From: Squalus acanthias
Lineage: Eukaryota
Reading direction: 5' to 3'
DNA length: 64,000 nt
Assembly: GCA_030390025.1 (NCBI GenBank)
Contig: CM059438.1
Location: 60,204,001-60,268,000, forward strand
Shown here piece after piece: positions 26,471 to 38,987 of this stretch. The position numbers were made by a program, and so were the translations under genes. The notes under the pieces were generated by a model. That model searched no databases and was not told where the DNA came from. It was given only the letters and a program-made list of their open reading frames with translations. The first letter of the stretch is position 1. Each line of letters starts with the position of its first letter.

Positions 26471-27779
26471 TGCTGCATATCCGAGAGAGTCCCAATGTGA
26501 GTCACACAATGAGATCGATAAATTCTAGGGAGCAGGGCTGGTGAGGACAAAAGGGGAAGTCAGTGGGGAAAATAATTCAAGGTTTATGATTACTTCAAAC
26601 ACCGGGTGCAAAGAGATGATGGACCTCTTTGTCTTCAAGATTGAGACCATCTCCACAGCTGACTCTGCCAATTCTCCCCTTTCTCTCCTTCTTGCTCCTG
26701 ACTTTCCCCACACTTTGCAACCCTGTACAGCCCAGATCCCCATTACTCTGCAGCTTCTCTCCATCTCTCCCATGCCCGTCTCTAGAACCCTACTCCACTC
26801 TTGACCACTCAACTCTTGGCCACTCAGTGTTTGCTCCTGGACCCCTTGCTAGTGGACATTGTTAACAGCGCCTATTCCTTAGGAAACATTGTTTCCCCTT
26901 TCAAAACTGCCACCATCAGCCCCTCCTCAGAAAACCAAGCTTGACCCCATCGGTGCTCTCCAACAAGTGCCCCATCTCTAACCTCCCTTTCCTCTGTTAG
27001 ATCGTCGAATACATTATCACCTCCCAACTCCATGCTCGTCTCCCTCAATACAGTCTGTCTGAATCTATCCAGTATGTTTTCCATCTTGCTCCAGGGAGCC
27101 TGCAATGATAATTGGGTGATTACGGATAAGGAATAGTTCAGCATCTGCAAGGAAGCTGCAGTGGCCACATACCTCTGTGCGAGTTGCCCCTGCTCTGCCT
27201 CTGGCCACGGGGTCTGCCACTCCCCTCCCGATCACGGCCAGCACTGCCTCCTCAAGGGGAATGATCTCCTGAATTTGTGCTTCCCCTCCCCTGGTCGGGT
27301 CCTGCTGCCGCCTGTTATGTGCTAATATTTCCTGGAAGAGAATGAGTGGTGATTGTGAATGAGTGTATTGGCAGCAACCGGGCCATTCACAGTTTCATGC
27401 AAAACTTTACATTGAAAAACCCGGCCCTGGGCTGCTTGTGTGTGTGTGATGCCTCACATGGTTGAAGAGCTTTGAGATGTGTCTGAGGTATGAGTAGTGC
27501 CTGTGAAGGATGCAATAGTGGGGGGGGGGGGGCGGGGTGTGAATGTCAGTGTATAGTTCGATGGCAGATGAAGTGTGTTGAGGTTGTGATGCTGGTGGTG
27601 GCGGTGCAATTATTGAGAAGTGTGCTTATGAGATGGGACCTTACCTTGACCACTCGTGTCAAGTCATTAAACTTCTTGCAGCACTGGAGCCTATCCTGAG
27701 GCCAGGGCTCCTGGCTGTGACCTCCCGGGCGATCTCTTCCCACATGTGCTGCATTAGCTGCCTCTGTGGCCTCCTTATT

Positions 27780-29850
27780 AAGAACATAAGATAAGATCAT
27801 AAGAAATAGGAGCAGGATTAGGCCACTTGGCCCCTCGAGCCTGCTCCGCCATTCAATAAGATCATGGCTGATCTTGGGCTCAAAGCCAATTCCCCACCCG
27901 CTCCCCATAACCCTTTAGTTCTTTATCTTGCAAAAATCTGTCTATCTCCACCTTAAATGTATTTAATGACCCAGCCTCCACAGCTCTCTGGGGCAGAGAA
28001 TTCCACAGATTTACGACCCTCTGAGAGAAGAAATTCTTCCTCATCTCAGTTCTAAAAGGGCGACCCTTTATTCTGAAACTGTGCCCCCGAGTTCTAGATT
28101 TCCCCACGAGGGGAAACATCCTCTCTGCATCTACCTTGTCGAGCCCCCTCAGTATCTTATATGTTTCAATAAGATCACCTCTCATCCTTCTAAATTCCAA
28201 TGAGTATAGGCCCAGCCTGCTCAATCTTTCTTCATAAGTCAACCCCCTCATCTCTGGAATTAACCTAGTGAATCGTCTCTGAACTGCCTCCAATGCAAGT
28301 ATATCCTTCCTTAAATAAGGAGACCAAAACTACGCAGTACTCAAGGTGTGGTCTCACCAATACCCTGTACAGTTGTAGCAGGACTTCCCTGTTTTTATAC
28401 TCCAACCCCCTTGAAATAAAGGCCAACATTCCATTTGCCTTTTTGATTACTTGCTGTACCTGTATGCTAACTTTTTGTGTTTCATGCACAAGGACCCCCA
28501 GGTCCCTCTGAATTGTAACATTTTGTAATCTCTCTCCATTTAAATAATAATTAGCTTTTTTATTTTTCCTGCCAAAGTGTATAACCTCGCACTTTCCCAC
28601 ATTATACTCCCTCTGCCAAATGTTTGCCCACTCACTTAGCCTGTCTATATCCCTTTGCAGATTCTTTGAGTCCTCTGCACAACTTGCTTTCCCACCCATC
28701 TTTGTATCATCCGCAAACTTGGCTACATTACACTTGATCCCTTCATCCAAGTTATTAATGTAGATTGTAAATAGTTGAGGCCCCAGCACCGATCCCTGTG
28801 GCACCCCACTAGTTACCGTTTGCCAACCGGAAAATGACCCATTTGTCCCGACTCGCTGCTTTCTGTTAGTTAGCCAATTCTCTATCCATGCTAATATATT
28901 ACCCCCAATTCCGTGAGCTCTTATCTTATGCAGTAACCTTTTATGTGGCACCTTATCGAATGCCTTCTGGAAATCCAAATATACCACATCTACTGGTTCA
29001 CCTTTGTCCACCCTGCTCGTTACATAGAAACATAGAAGATAGGAGCAGGAGTAGGCCATTTGGCCCCTCGAACCTGTTCCGCCATTTAATGAGATCATTA
29101 CATCCTCAAAGAACTCCAGCAAATTTGTTAAACATGATTTCCCTTTCATAAAACCATGCTGACTCTGCCTGACTGCATTATGATTTTCCAAATGCCCTGC
29201 CCATGCTTCCTTAATGAAGGACTCCAGCATTTTCCCAGTGACAGATGTTAGGCTAACTGGTCTATAGTTTCCTGCTTTCTCTCGCCCTCCTTTCTTAAAT
29301 AGGGGTGTTACATTTGCGGTTTTCCAATCCGCTGGGACCTCTCCAGAGTCCAGGGAATTTTGGTATATTGCAACTAATGCATCCACTATCTCTGCAGCCA
29401 CTTCTTTTAAGACCCTGGGATGCAGCCACATCTGGTCCAGGGGACTTGTCGCCTTTTAGTCCCATTATTTTACCAAGTGCTATTTCCCTAGTGATAGTGA
29501 TTGTCATTAGTTCCTCCCTCCCTGTGGCCCCTTGATTATCCATTTTTGGGATGTTGTTAGTGTCTTCTACCGTGAAGACAGATGCAAAATATTTGTTCAG
29601 AGTCTTTGACATTTCCCCGTTCTCCATTATTCATTCCCTAGTCTCATCCTTTAAGGGACCAACGTTTACTTTAGCTACCCTCTTCCTTTTTATATACCTG
29701 TAGAAGCTCTTACTATCTGCTTTAATGTTTCTTGCCAGTTTTCTCTCATAATTTATCTTCTCTCTCTATTATATTTTTAGTGATCCTTTGCAGGTTTTTA
29801 AAAGATTCCCAATCCTCTGATCTCCCACCAATCTTGGCAACATTGTATTC
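27780..29850 (-). mobile_element. HER/CR1 LINE, ~2.1 kb, 5'-truncated, RT region with frameshifts; copy A only
   Basis: ORFs 29295-29627, 28265-29431 and 27880-28293 carry PADWKTANVTPLFKKG, YLDFQKAFDKVPH, GVPQGSVLGP and FADD motifs. Tail repeats at 27780-27805. Confidence 0.96.
29026..29103 (-). mobile_element. 78-bp CR1 3'-end insertion nested in frame inside the CR1 RT
   Basis: TSD TTACAT at 29020-29025 and 29098-29103. Adds 26 aa (MISLNGG...CFYV) between FFEDV and TSRVDKG. Confidence 0.9.
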
Positions 29851-30893
29851 CTTCGTTGTCCGATTAGCACAGCACCCATTTAGCACCTGTTGTGACCCTT
29901 TGGCCAAAATAACCCCCTTTCACTTCGAAAACACAGGCGGAACCATCTTGTGCGACAGTGTTCTGGTGAGCTGGATCAGTGTCCAAAGAAGAACAGAGTT
30001 TCCATATATTACTCTAGAATATCGAGGTGCAGTGTCTGCAATCGATGTTTCACATGAAAAGACATTGAACGATGCTCATTAACATCATTCCTTACAGAAC
30101 ACTTGTTACATTGTTGTCTTTGATTGCAAATTAGTTGAAAACTTGATAATAAAAATTACAAAGAAGCTTTGGCCGTTTTCTCAGCGCCCCTTTAAGGGCC
30201 GCTGGTTCGGCCGCTCAACGCCGGTACAAGTGGACGGAGCCAGTCCAGCGCCGATTTGCCCGTTTGTGACACATCATCGCAATCAGGGTTCTGTGTACGT
30301 CACAGGACCCCGATTTGCAAATTAAAAGTCGCCTCTCACCACGTACAGACAGACGGGACGTCGGCCCATCTGAGGGTGGCGGCCGGAACACCAGCGGAAA
30401 CCGGGCAGGAAGTGACACAACACCATTTTCAGGCTGTTACCGTCCCTTTTACACCAGGCGGGGCCCTTCAAATAGGCCACTCTGTCTTGTGGAAATACAT
30501 TGCAAAGATCCCACATTCAAGCCCAATACAAGGAGGCCTGAGTCCATTCCATGGGTCACTCGATCAGTGAGGTACAGACACGTACTCACTGCACACAACT
30601 GTGAGGAAATGGCATGACAATTGCTCATTCATTAATCTAATCTCACTTTTCCCAGTAAACGCTGGTCCATTGTTGGGAAGCAGGTGCTCGAGCTGTCAAT
30701 CTGATTTCCAGTTAATGACAGTTACAGATAACAGAAATGCAAATCTCCCAGTAGTCAAACCACCTCATAAACTACAGGAGTTCAATTATTAAAGGAAGAA
30801 TCCATTCTTAGTTCATGTCTGTTAAATTCTGATTGCTTAAAAAACATAATTTTACTGAAAACTTTTTGAATAACAGCAACAAAACACACAGCA

Positions 30894-33800
30894 GTCTGTG
30901 CACTAGATGTGTACAACAATGGGGCAGTCAGTTATTAAACTAGCTGTGTGTACACTAGATGTGTACAGTAATGGGGCAGTGAGTTATTAAGGTATCAGTG
31001 TGCATTTGATGTGAACAGTAATTGGGCAGTGCGGTATTAAGGTATCTGTGTGTCCACTAGATTTGTACAGTAATGGGGCAGTGAGTTATTAAGGTATCTG
31101 TGTGTTCACTAGATGTGTACAGTAATGGGGCAGTGAGTTATTAAGGTATCTGTGTGTCCACTAGATGTGTACAGTAATGGGGCAGTGAGTTATTAAGTTA
31201 TCTGTGTGTGCACCAGATGTGTACATTAATGGGGCTGTGAGGTATTAAGGTAACTGTGTGTCCACTAGATGTGTATAGTAATGGGGCAGTGAGTTATTAA
31301 GGTATCAGTGTGCATTTGATGTGTACAGTAATGGGGCAGTGAGTTATTAAGGTATCAGTGTGCATTTGATGTGAACAGTAATTGGGCAGTGAGGTATTAA
31401 GGTATCTGTGTGTCCACTAGATTTGTACAGTAATGGGGCAGTGAGTTATTAAGGTATCTGTGTGTTCACTAGATGTGTACAGTAATGGGGCAGTGAGTTA
31501 TTAAGGTATCTGTGTGTCCACTAGATGTGTACAGTAATGGGGCAGTGAGTTATTAAGGTATCTGTGTGTGTACTAGATGTGTAGAGTAATGGGCCAGAGA
31601 CATATTAAGGTATCTGTGTGTGCATTAGATGTGTACAGTAATGGGGCGGTGAGTTATAAATGTGTCTGTGTGTGCACTAGATGTGTACAGTAATGGGGCA
31701 GTGAGTTATTCAGGCATCCGTGTGTGAACTAGATGTGTACTGTAATGGGGCAGTGAATTATTAATGTATCTGTGTGCACTAGATGTGTACTGTAATGGGG
31801 CAGTGAGTTATTAAGGTATCTGTGTGTGTACTAGATGTGTACAGTAATGGGGCAGTGAGTTATTATGGTATCTGTGTGTGCACTAGATGTGAACAGTAAT
31901 GGGGGAGTGAGTTATTAAAGTAAATGTGTGTGCAATAGATGTTTACATTAATGGGGCAGTGAGTTATTAAGGTATCTGTGTGTGCACTAGATGCGTACAG
32001 TAATGGGGCAGTGAGTTATTAAGGTATCTGTGTGACCACTAGATGTGTCGACTAATGGGGCAGTGAGTTATTAAGATATCTGTGTGTACTAGATGTGTAC
32101 AGTAATGGGTGAGTGATTTATTAAGGTATCTGTGTGTGCACAAGATGTGTACAGTAATGGTTAAGTGAGTTATTGAGGTATCTGTGTGTGCACTAGATGT
32201 GTACAGTAATGCGGCAGTGCGTTATTAAGGTATCTGTGTGTGCACTAGATGTGAACAGTAATGGGGCAGTGAGTTATTAAGGTTTCTGTGTATGTACGAG
32301 ATGTGTGCAGTAATGGGGCAGTGAGTTATTAAGGTATCTGTGTGTGCAGTAGATGTTTACAGTAATGGGGCAGTGAGTTATTAAGGTATCTGTGTGTACT
32401 AGATCTGTACAGTAATGGGGCAGTCAGTTATTAATGTATCTGTGTGTGTACTAGATGTGTACAGTAATGGGGCAGTGAGTTATTAAGTTACCGGTGTGTG
32501 CACTAGATGTGTTCAGTAATGGGGCAGTGAGTTATTAAGGTATCTGTGTGTGTACTAGATGTGAACAGTAATGGGGCAGTGAGTTATTATGGTATCTGTG
32601 TGTGCACTAGATGTGAACAGTAATGGGGCAGTGAGTTATTAAGGTATCTGTGTGTGCACTAGATGTGTACAGTAATGGGGGAGTGAGTTATTAAAGTAAA
32701 TGTGTGTGCAATAGATGTGTACAGTAATGGGGCAGTCAGTTATTAAGGTATCTGTGTATGTACTAGATGTGTACAGTAATGGGGCAGTGAGTTATTAAGG
32801 TATCTGTGTGTGCACTTGATGCGTACAGTAATGGGGCAGTGAGTTATTAAGGTATCTGTGTGACCACTAGATGTGTCGACTAATGGGGCAGTGAGTTATT
32901 AAGGTATCTGTGTGTACTAGATGTGTACAGTAATGGGGCATTGAGTTATTCAGGTATCTGTTTGTGTACTAGATGTGTACAGTAATGGGGCAGTCAGTTA
33001 TTAACGTATCTGTGTGTGTACTAGATGTGTGCAGTAATGGGTGAGTGATTTATTAAGGTATCTGTGTGTGCACTAGATGTGTACAGTAATGGTTAAGTGA
33101 GTTATTGAGGTATCTGTGTGTGCACCAGATGTGTACAGTAATGCGGCAGTGCGTTATTAAGGTATCTGTGTGTGCACTAGATGTGAACAGTAATGGGGCA
33201 GTGAGTTATTAAGGTTTCTGTGTATGTACGAGATGTGTGCAGTAATGGGGCAGTGAGTTATTAAGGTATCTGTGTGTGTACTAGATGTGTACAGTAATGG
33301 GGTAGTGAGTTATTAAGGTATCTGTGTGTGCATTAGATGTGTACAGTAATGGGGCAGTCAGTTATTAAGGTATCTGTGTATGTACTAGATGTGTACAGTA
33401 ATGGGGCAGTGAGTTATTAAGGTATCTGTGTGTGCACTAGATGCGTACAGTAATGGGGCAGTGAGTTATTAAGGAATCTGTGTGACCACTAGATGTGTCG
33501 ACTAATGGGTCAGTGAGTTATTAAGGTATCTGTGTGTACTAGATGTGTACAGTAATGGGGCATTGAGTTATTCAGGTATCTGTGTGTGTACTAGATGTGT
33601 ACAGCAATGGGGCAGTCAGTTCTTAAGGTATCTGTGTGTGTACTAGATGTGTACAGCAATGGGGCACTGAGTTATTAAGGTATCTGTGTGTGCATTAGAT
33701 GTGTACTGTGATGGGGCAGTGAATCATTCAGGTATCTGTGTGCACTAGATGTGTACAGTAATGGGGGAGTGATTTATTAAGGTATCTGGGTGTGTACCAA

Positions 33801-35142
33801 ATGTTTACAGTAAAGGGACAGTGAATTATTCAGGTATCTGTGTGTGCGCTAGATGTGCACAGTAATGTGGCAGTGAGTTATTAAGGTAATTGTGTGTGCA
33901 CTAGATGTGTACAGTAATGAGGCAGTGAGTTATTAAGGTATCTGTGTTTGCGTTAGATGTGTACAGTAATGGGGCAGTGAGTTATTATGGTATCTGTGTG
34001 TGCACTAGATGTGTACAGTAATGGGGCAGTGAGTTATTAAGGTATCTGTGTGTGCACTAGATGTGTACAGTAATGGGGCAGTGAGTTATTATGGTATCTG
34101 TGTGTGCACTAGATGTGTACAGTAATGAGGCAGTGAGTTATTAAGGTATCTGTGTGCACTAGATGTGTACAGTAATGGGGCAGTGAGTTATTATGGTATC
34201 TGTGTGTGCACTAGATGTGTACAGTAATGGGGCAGTGAGTTATTAAGGTATCTGTGTGTGCACTAGATGTGTACAGTAATGGCGCAGTGAGTTATTAAGT
34301 AACTGTGTACAGTAATGGGGGAGTGATTTTTAAGGTATCGGGGTGTGTACCAAATGTTTACAGTAAAGGGACAGTGAATTATTCAGGTATCTGTGTGTGC
34401 GCTAGATGTGCACAGTAATGTGGCAGTGAGTTATTAAGGTAATTGTGTGTGCACTAGATGTGTACAGTAATGAGGCAGTGAGTTATTAAGGTATCTGTGT
34501 TTGCGTTAGATGTGTACAGTAATGGGGCAGTGAGTTATTATGGTATCTGTGTGTGCACTAGATGTGTACAGTAATGGGGCAGTGAGTTATTAAGGTATCT
34601 GTGTGTGCACTAGATGTGTACAGTAATGGGGCAGTGAGTTATTATGGTATCTGTGTGTGCACTAGATGTGTATAGTAATGAGGCAGTGAGTTATTAAGGT
34701 ATCTGTGTGCACTAGATGTGTACAGTAATGGGGCAGTGAGTTATTATGGTATCTGTGTGTGCACTAGATGTGTACAGTAATGGGGCAGTGAGTTATTGAG
34801 GTATCTGTGTGTGCACTAGATGTGTACAGTAATGGGGCAATGAGTTATTAAGGTAATTGTGTGTGCACTAGATGTGTACAGTAATGGGGCAGTGAGTTAT
34901 TCAGGTATCTGTGTGTGCAGTCGATGTGTACAATAATGAGGCAGTGAGTTATTAAGGTATCTGTGTACACTAGATGTGCACAGTAGTGGGGCAGTGAGTT
35001 ATTAAGGTATCTGTCTGTGCAGTAGATGTGTGCAGTAATGGGACAGTGAGATATTCAGGTGTTTGTGTGTGCACTAGATGTGCACAGTAATGAGGCAGCG
35101 AAATATTAAGGTATCTGTGGGTGCACTCGATGTGTAAAGTAA
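30894..35142. repeat. Satellite array, 50-52-bp unit (CACTAGATGTGTACAGTAATGGGGCAGTGAGTTATTAAGGTATCTGTGTGTG)
   Basis: Tandem copies, e.g. CACTAGAT at 30901 and 30953. Confidence 0.98.
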
Positions 35143-35232
35143 TATCAGTGTCGGGAACATTCAGGAAATCAGTACAAGGTGATAACAGTGTACGGATGCA
35201 GTCAGGAAATCAATTCAAGGTGATATCAGTGC
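35143..35232. repeat. Short stretch (~2 units) of the 40-bp satellite
   Basis: ATATCAGTGTCGGGAACATTCAGGAAATCAG...TCAAGGTGATATCAGTG. Confidence 0.9.
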
Positions 35233-38200
35233 CAGATCCCGAACTGAAACTGTGGACTCACGGCCATCAGGGTACCGCACGTACGCGTATGTAGGATTGA
35301 CATCCGTTAGTTCCACCTCGTCGACGAGGGGATCACTCTTGGAGGATCGGACGAATCTTCCACGGAGCCAGGAGCTGCCAACGATGATGGTAGGGACGTC
35401 CCATGAGTGGAGCGACGCTGGAACCCGAAGAATCGTTCGTGAGGAGTAACATTGGTGGATGTCGAAAGAAGAGACCTGATGGAATGCAACGCGTCAGGGA
35501 GCATAGTTTCCCACTGCTGGTCTGATAGATTGTGTGACCTCAGTGCAAGACGAACAGTGTTCCAAATGATAGCGTTGTATCTCTCAATCTGTCCGTTTCC
35601 AATAGGATGATACGGTGTCGTTTTACTTGTGGCGATTCCCTGTTGGGAAAGATAACTTTTGAGTTCGCTTGACATGAAGGAGGGACCCCGATCAGAGTGG
35701 ATGAAATTGGCCATACCGCAAAGGGAAAAGACCTGATCGAGGCATTTGATCACTGTGGAAGTAAGCATATTGGGACAGGGGAAAGCAAAGGGAAAGCGTG
35801 AATATTCGTCCACCATAGTAAGGAAGTAGGTGTTTCACGTTGAGGAAGGCAATGGCCCTTTAAAGTCAATGCTGAGTCGCTGCATAGGCTGTGTAGCGTG
35901 TATGAGCGAGCCATCCGACGGACGGAAGAATTGCGGTTTTAATTCCACGCAAATTCTACAAGTGGAGCATGTTCTTTTCACGTCTTCCGTCGAAAATGGG
36001 AGATTTTTAGATCGCACAAAGTGCAACATACGGGTAACGCCAGGATGGCACAAGTCAGTATGAAGATCCGCAAGAGTCGAAGTTGACGTGGAAAAGCAGA
36101 ATGCACACGTGAGGGTATCCGGGGCCACATTCTCCTTGCCGGGTCGATACTGTATGGTGTAGCCAAAGGTGGCCAATTCCATCCTCCAGAACTGTATTTT
36201 GTTATTCTTGATTTTAGTGCATTTCCGGTTATCCAGCATAAAGGCCACAGAGCGCTGATCGGTTATGAGCGTGAAATGGCGACGAGCGAGAAAATGACTC
36301 CATTTACGTACTGCTTCGATGATAGCCGTAGCCTTCTTCTCGACAGGAGGATAATGGAGCTTGCTACCCTGCAAAGTTCTGGACAGAAATGCAACGGGTC
36401 GACCGCTTTGATTCAAGGTAGCCGAGATCGCCACCTCCGATGCATCGCACTCGACCACGAAAGGGAGATTTTCATCGATGGAATGAAGTGTGGCTTTTTC
36501 CAGTTGTTGCTTGAGGAGGTCGAAAGCTGAAATAGCCCTCGCCTCCAACGGAAATGACTTCGCGTGAAGCAGGGGCTGGATCTTGTCGGAAAAGTGAGGT
36601 ATCCACTTCGCATAATAGGCGAACATGCCGAGGGCCCGACGAAGAGAGCTGAGATTCGTAGGAGGAGGGAGCTCCTGAAGCGGACGAAGTCGCTCTGGAT
36701 CCAATCTGATGACACCATTGCCCACCCAGTAGCCAAGGATGTTGACTGATGGTACTGATTTCACAGATTTGGACTCATTTAAGGTTAAGTTGCGACGACG
36801 GAGAACGTCAAAAAATTTCTGGAGGTTGGCATCTTGCTCCTTCATGACCAGCAATGGTGATATTATCCAGATATGGAAAAGTGTCCGTTAAGTTCTCCTG
36901 TTTGACTAGGCTATCCATTGCCCATTGAAAGACGGCCACCCCATTGGTGACCCCAAATGGAAGGTGACAAAACTGGTAAAGCCGACCATTGGCCTCAAAG
37001 GCCGTATACTTTTTGTCAGAGTCCTTTAACGGTACTTGATGGTATGTGCTCTTTAAGTCAAAAGTTGAAAATACCTTGTAGTTAGCAAGTTTATTGACGA
37101 TGTCATCGATGTGTGGTAGTGGGTAGGCATCCAGGTCGGTATACTGGTTAATAGTTTGCGAGTAATCGATGCAAAGACGTTTCTTGTGTTGCTTCAGAGG
37201 ATTTTTAACAACGACGACTTGAGCCCGCCAGGAAGGTGAACATGGCTCAATGATACCGTCAGCTAGAAGGCGAGAGATTTCTGCCTCGATAAAGGATAGG
37301 TCATCTTGGCTGAAACGTCGTGATTTAGTGGCTATGGGCTTACATCGGGGGGAAAGATTGGCAAACAAGGAGGGCTCGTCGAGCGAAGCCGCCGAAAGAG
37401 CACAAAACGGTACTTTGGAAATAGTAAGCTCCGGCTTTGATCCTCCAAACTCGAAAGTGAGTCTTTCATGTTGTTTCTGGCAATCCTGTCCCAGGAGCAC
37501 ATCACTGCATAGGTTTTTGAGCACCCCGAGCCGGGTAGAGAAATAAGTGCGGCCATTGAGAATAAGGTCGACAAGACAAAAGCCGGAAGAGTTGGTGGTC
37601 AGTGTCGTCAGAGCCATTGCAATTTCCCTGTGCGAGGGGTAAATACGCAGTTTTAACTTACTGACAGCCTGCTCACTGATGAAGCTGTCAGAGCTGCATG
37701 AGTCGATTAATGCACTCAAAATGTGTCCATTTACCGAAACCTTCGTGGCTGAATGGGACATGCTTTGGGGAAAAACAGCTGTGATGGGAGGAGGGGCAGT
37801 TTTATCCTTGACAGCTGTAACATAAGTAGTGGCTCTTGGGGGAGGAGCAGTTTTATAGATAGCAGCTGTAACCCTAGAAGAGGCTCTTGACTGACATACT
37901 TTCGAGAAGTGGCCTTTCTTACTGCAATGATTGCAGGTTGCATTACGAGCAGGACCAAATTTCCTATAATGAAATGCACCTCCACAGAAGAAACACTTCC
38001 TTTTAGATTGCCAAGATGCCGCTAGAGTAGGGTCGTCATCAGCTAGGATAGAGTCGTCATCAGTGAGGGCTTCCGCCTGAGGCTTATCGGAGGAGTCACT
38101 AAAAGTGATAGCAGCAGTCCGTGCACGTGGTAAAAGATAGGCATCTGCATTTTTTTTTGCCAAGTCCAGAGAATATGCCTGGTCATAGGCAGCTTGTAAC

Positions 38201-38661
38201 TCGAGGGTTTTACTCTCCAAGAGACGCTGGCGTATGAAGGGAGACGCAATTCCATTAATAAAAGAATCACGAATTAACTCCTCCTGGTACTGCTCAGCTG
38301 AGACAGCCTTGAGATTACAATCTTTGCTGAGCCTGCGAAGCTGTTGAAGGAATTTGTCAAGTGATACCCCGGGTTGTTGTCGAGTTGTGGCCAGTAGAGG
38401 CCGAGCAAAAATTTTGTTTGGGGCCTTAACATATAGTTGCTGTAGTATTCGGATAGCGGAGTCATAGTCTACACAGTCTTCGATATAGTCAAACGCATAA
38501 GGGGATACATAATTGGCAAGTATCTCTAACTTATCAGAAACATTCTCACCACACGCCCTGAGGAAGTTACTGAAGGTACGATACCAGTGTTTCCATACCT
38601 TAGCAGTTGTAGGTGAATTCGGGTCCAGGTCAAGACGGGCGGGTCGGAGTAGTTTCTCCAT
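35233..38661 (-). pseudogene. Gypsy gag-pol with frameshifts near 36840 and 35830 and a disrupted integrase C-terminus
   Basis: Zn knuckles (CFFCGGAFH; CNHCSKKGHFSKVC), protease ALIDSCS, RT LCIDYS/PFGVTNG/YLDN, RNaseH CDAS, integrase HPG..CSTC, IDFKGP, VDEYSRF, SDRG, NGQIERYN. Confidence 0.93.
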
Positions 38662-38761
38662 GATGGATTGATTACTACATCTGGTTCCCTTCTACCGTTT
38701 GAGTCGCAGCCGTCTGTTCCCAAAACCACTCAGCGGGTGGTGCACGTCCAGTTGATTAAAT

Positions 38762-38987
38762 TGACGTAAGAAAACTACTAGGCACTTGGTCTGAGCGTTA
38801 AACAAAGCTTTAATCAACTGTTTTACAACATGGAGGTCTAGTTCTGTCCTTAGTAGTTCCTGTTAAGAATGTCCTGCGCAAGCTGGGCCTGTGCCCGAGT
38901 ATTTATACTCTCCCTGGACAGCGCCACCCGCAGGCCACTCAGTATTATTTCATAAGTCTTTCTTTCATGAATGACAGATTCATGTCA
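38762..38987 (-). repeat. 5' LTR of the Gypsy element (226 bp)
   Basis: Minus-strand termini TGAC...GTCA, TATAAA near 38903-38908, ATTAAA at 38809-38814. Abuts satellite on the outer side. Confidence 0.75.

Larger units (their letters stand above)
19911..30273. repeat. Segmental duplication, copy A (paralogous to 49665-59101)
   Basis: TTGAGGAATCAATATCGAG at 19911 matches 49665. Near-identical sequence runs to ...GTTTGTGACACA (30273 and 59101), apart from TE indels. Confidence 0.97.
35233..38987 (-). mobile_element. Ty3/Gypsy LTR retrotransposon (Mag-like), 3'-truncated
   Basis: 5' LTR followed by gag-PR-RT-RNaseH-IN domain order. No PPT or 3' LTR: sequence joins satellite right after the integrase end (YVRYPDGRESTVSVRDLA). 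Confidence 0.95.
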
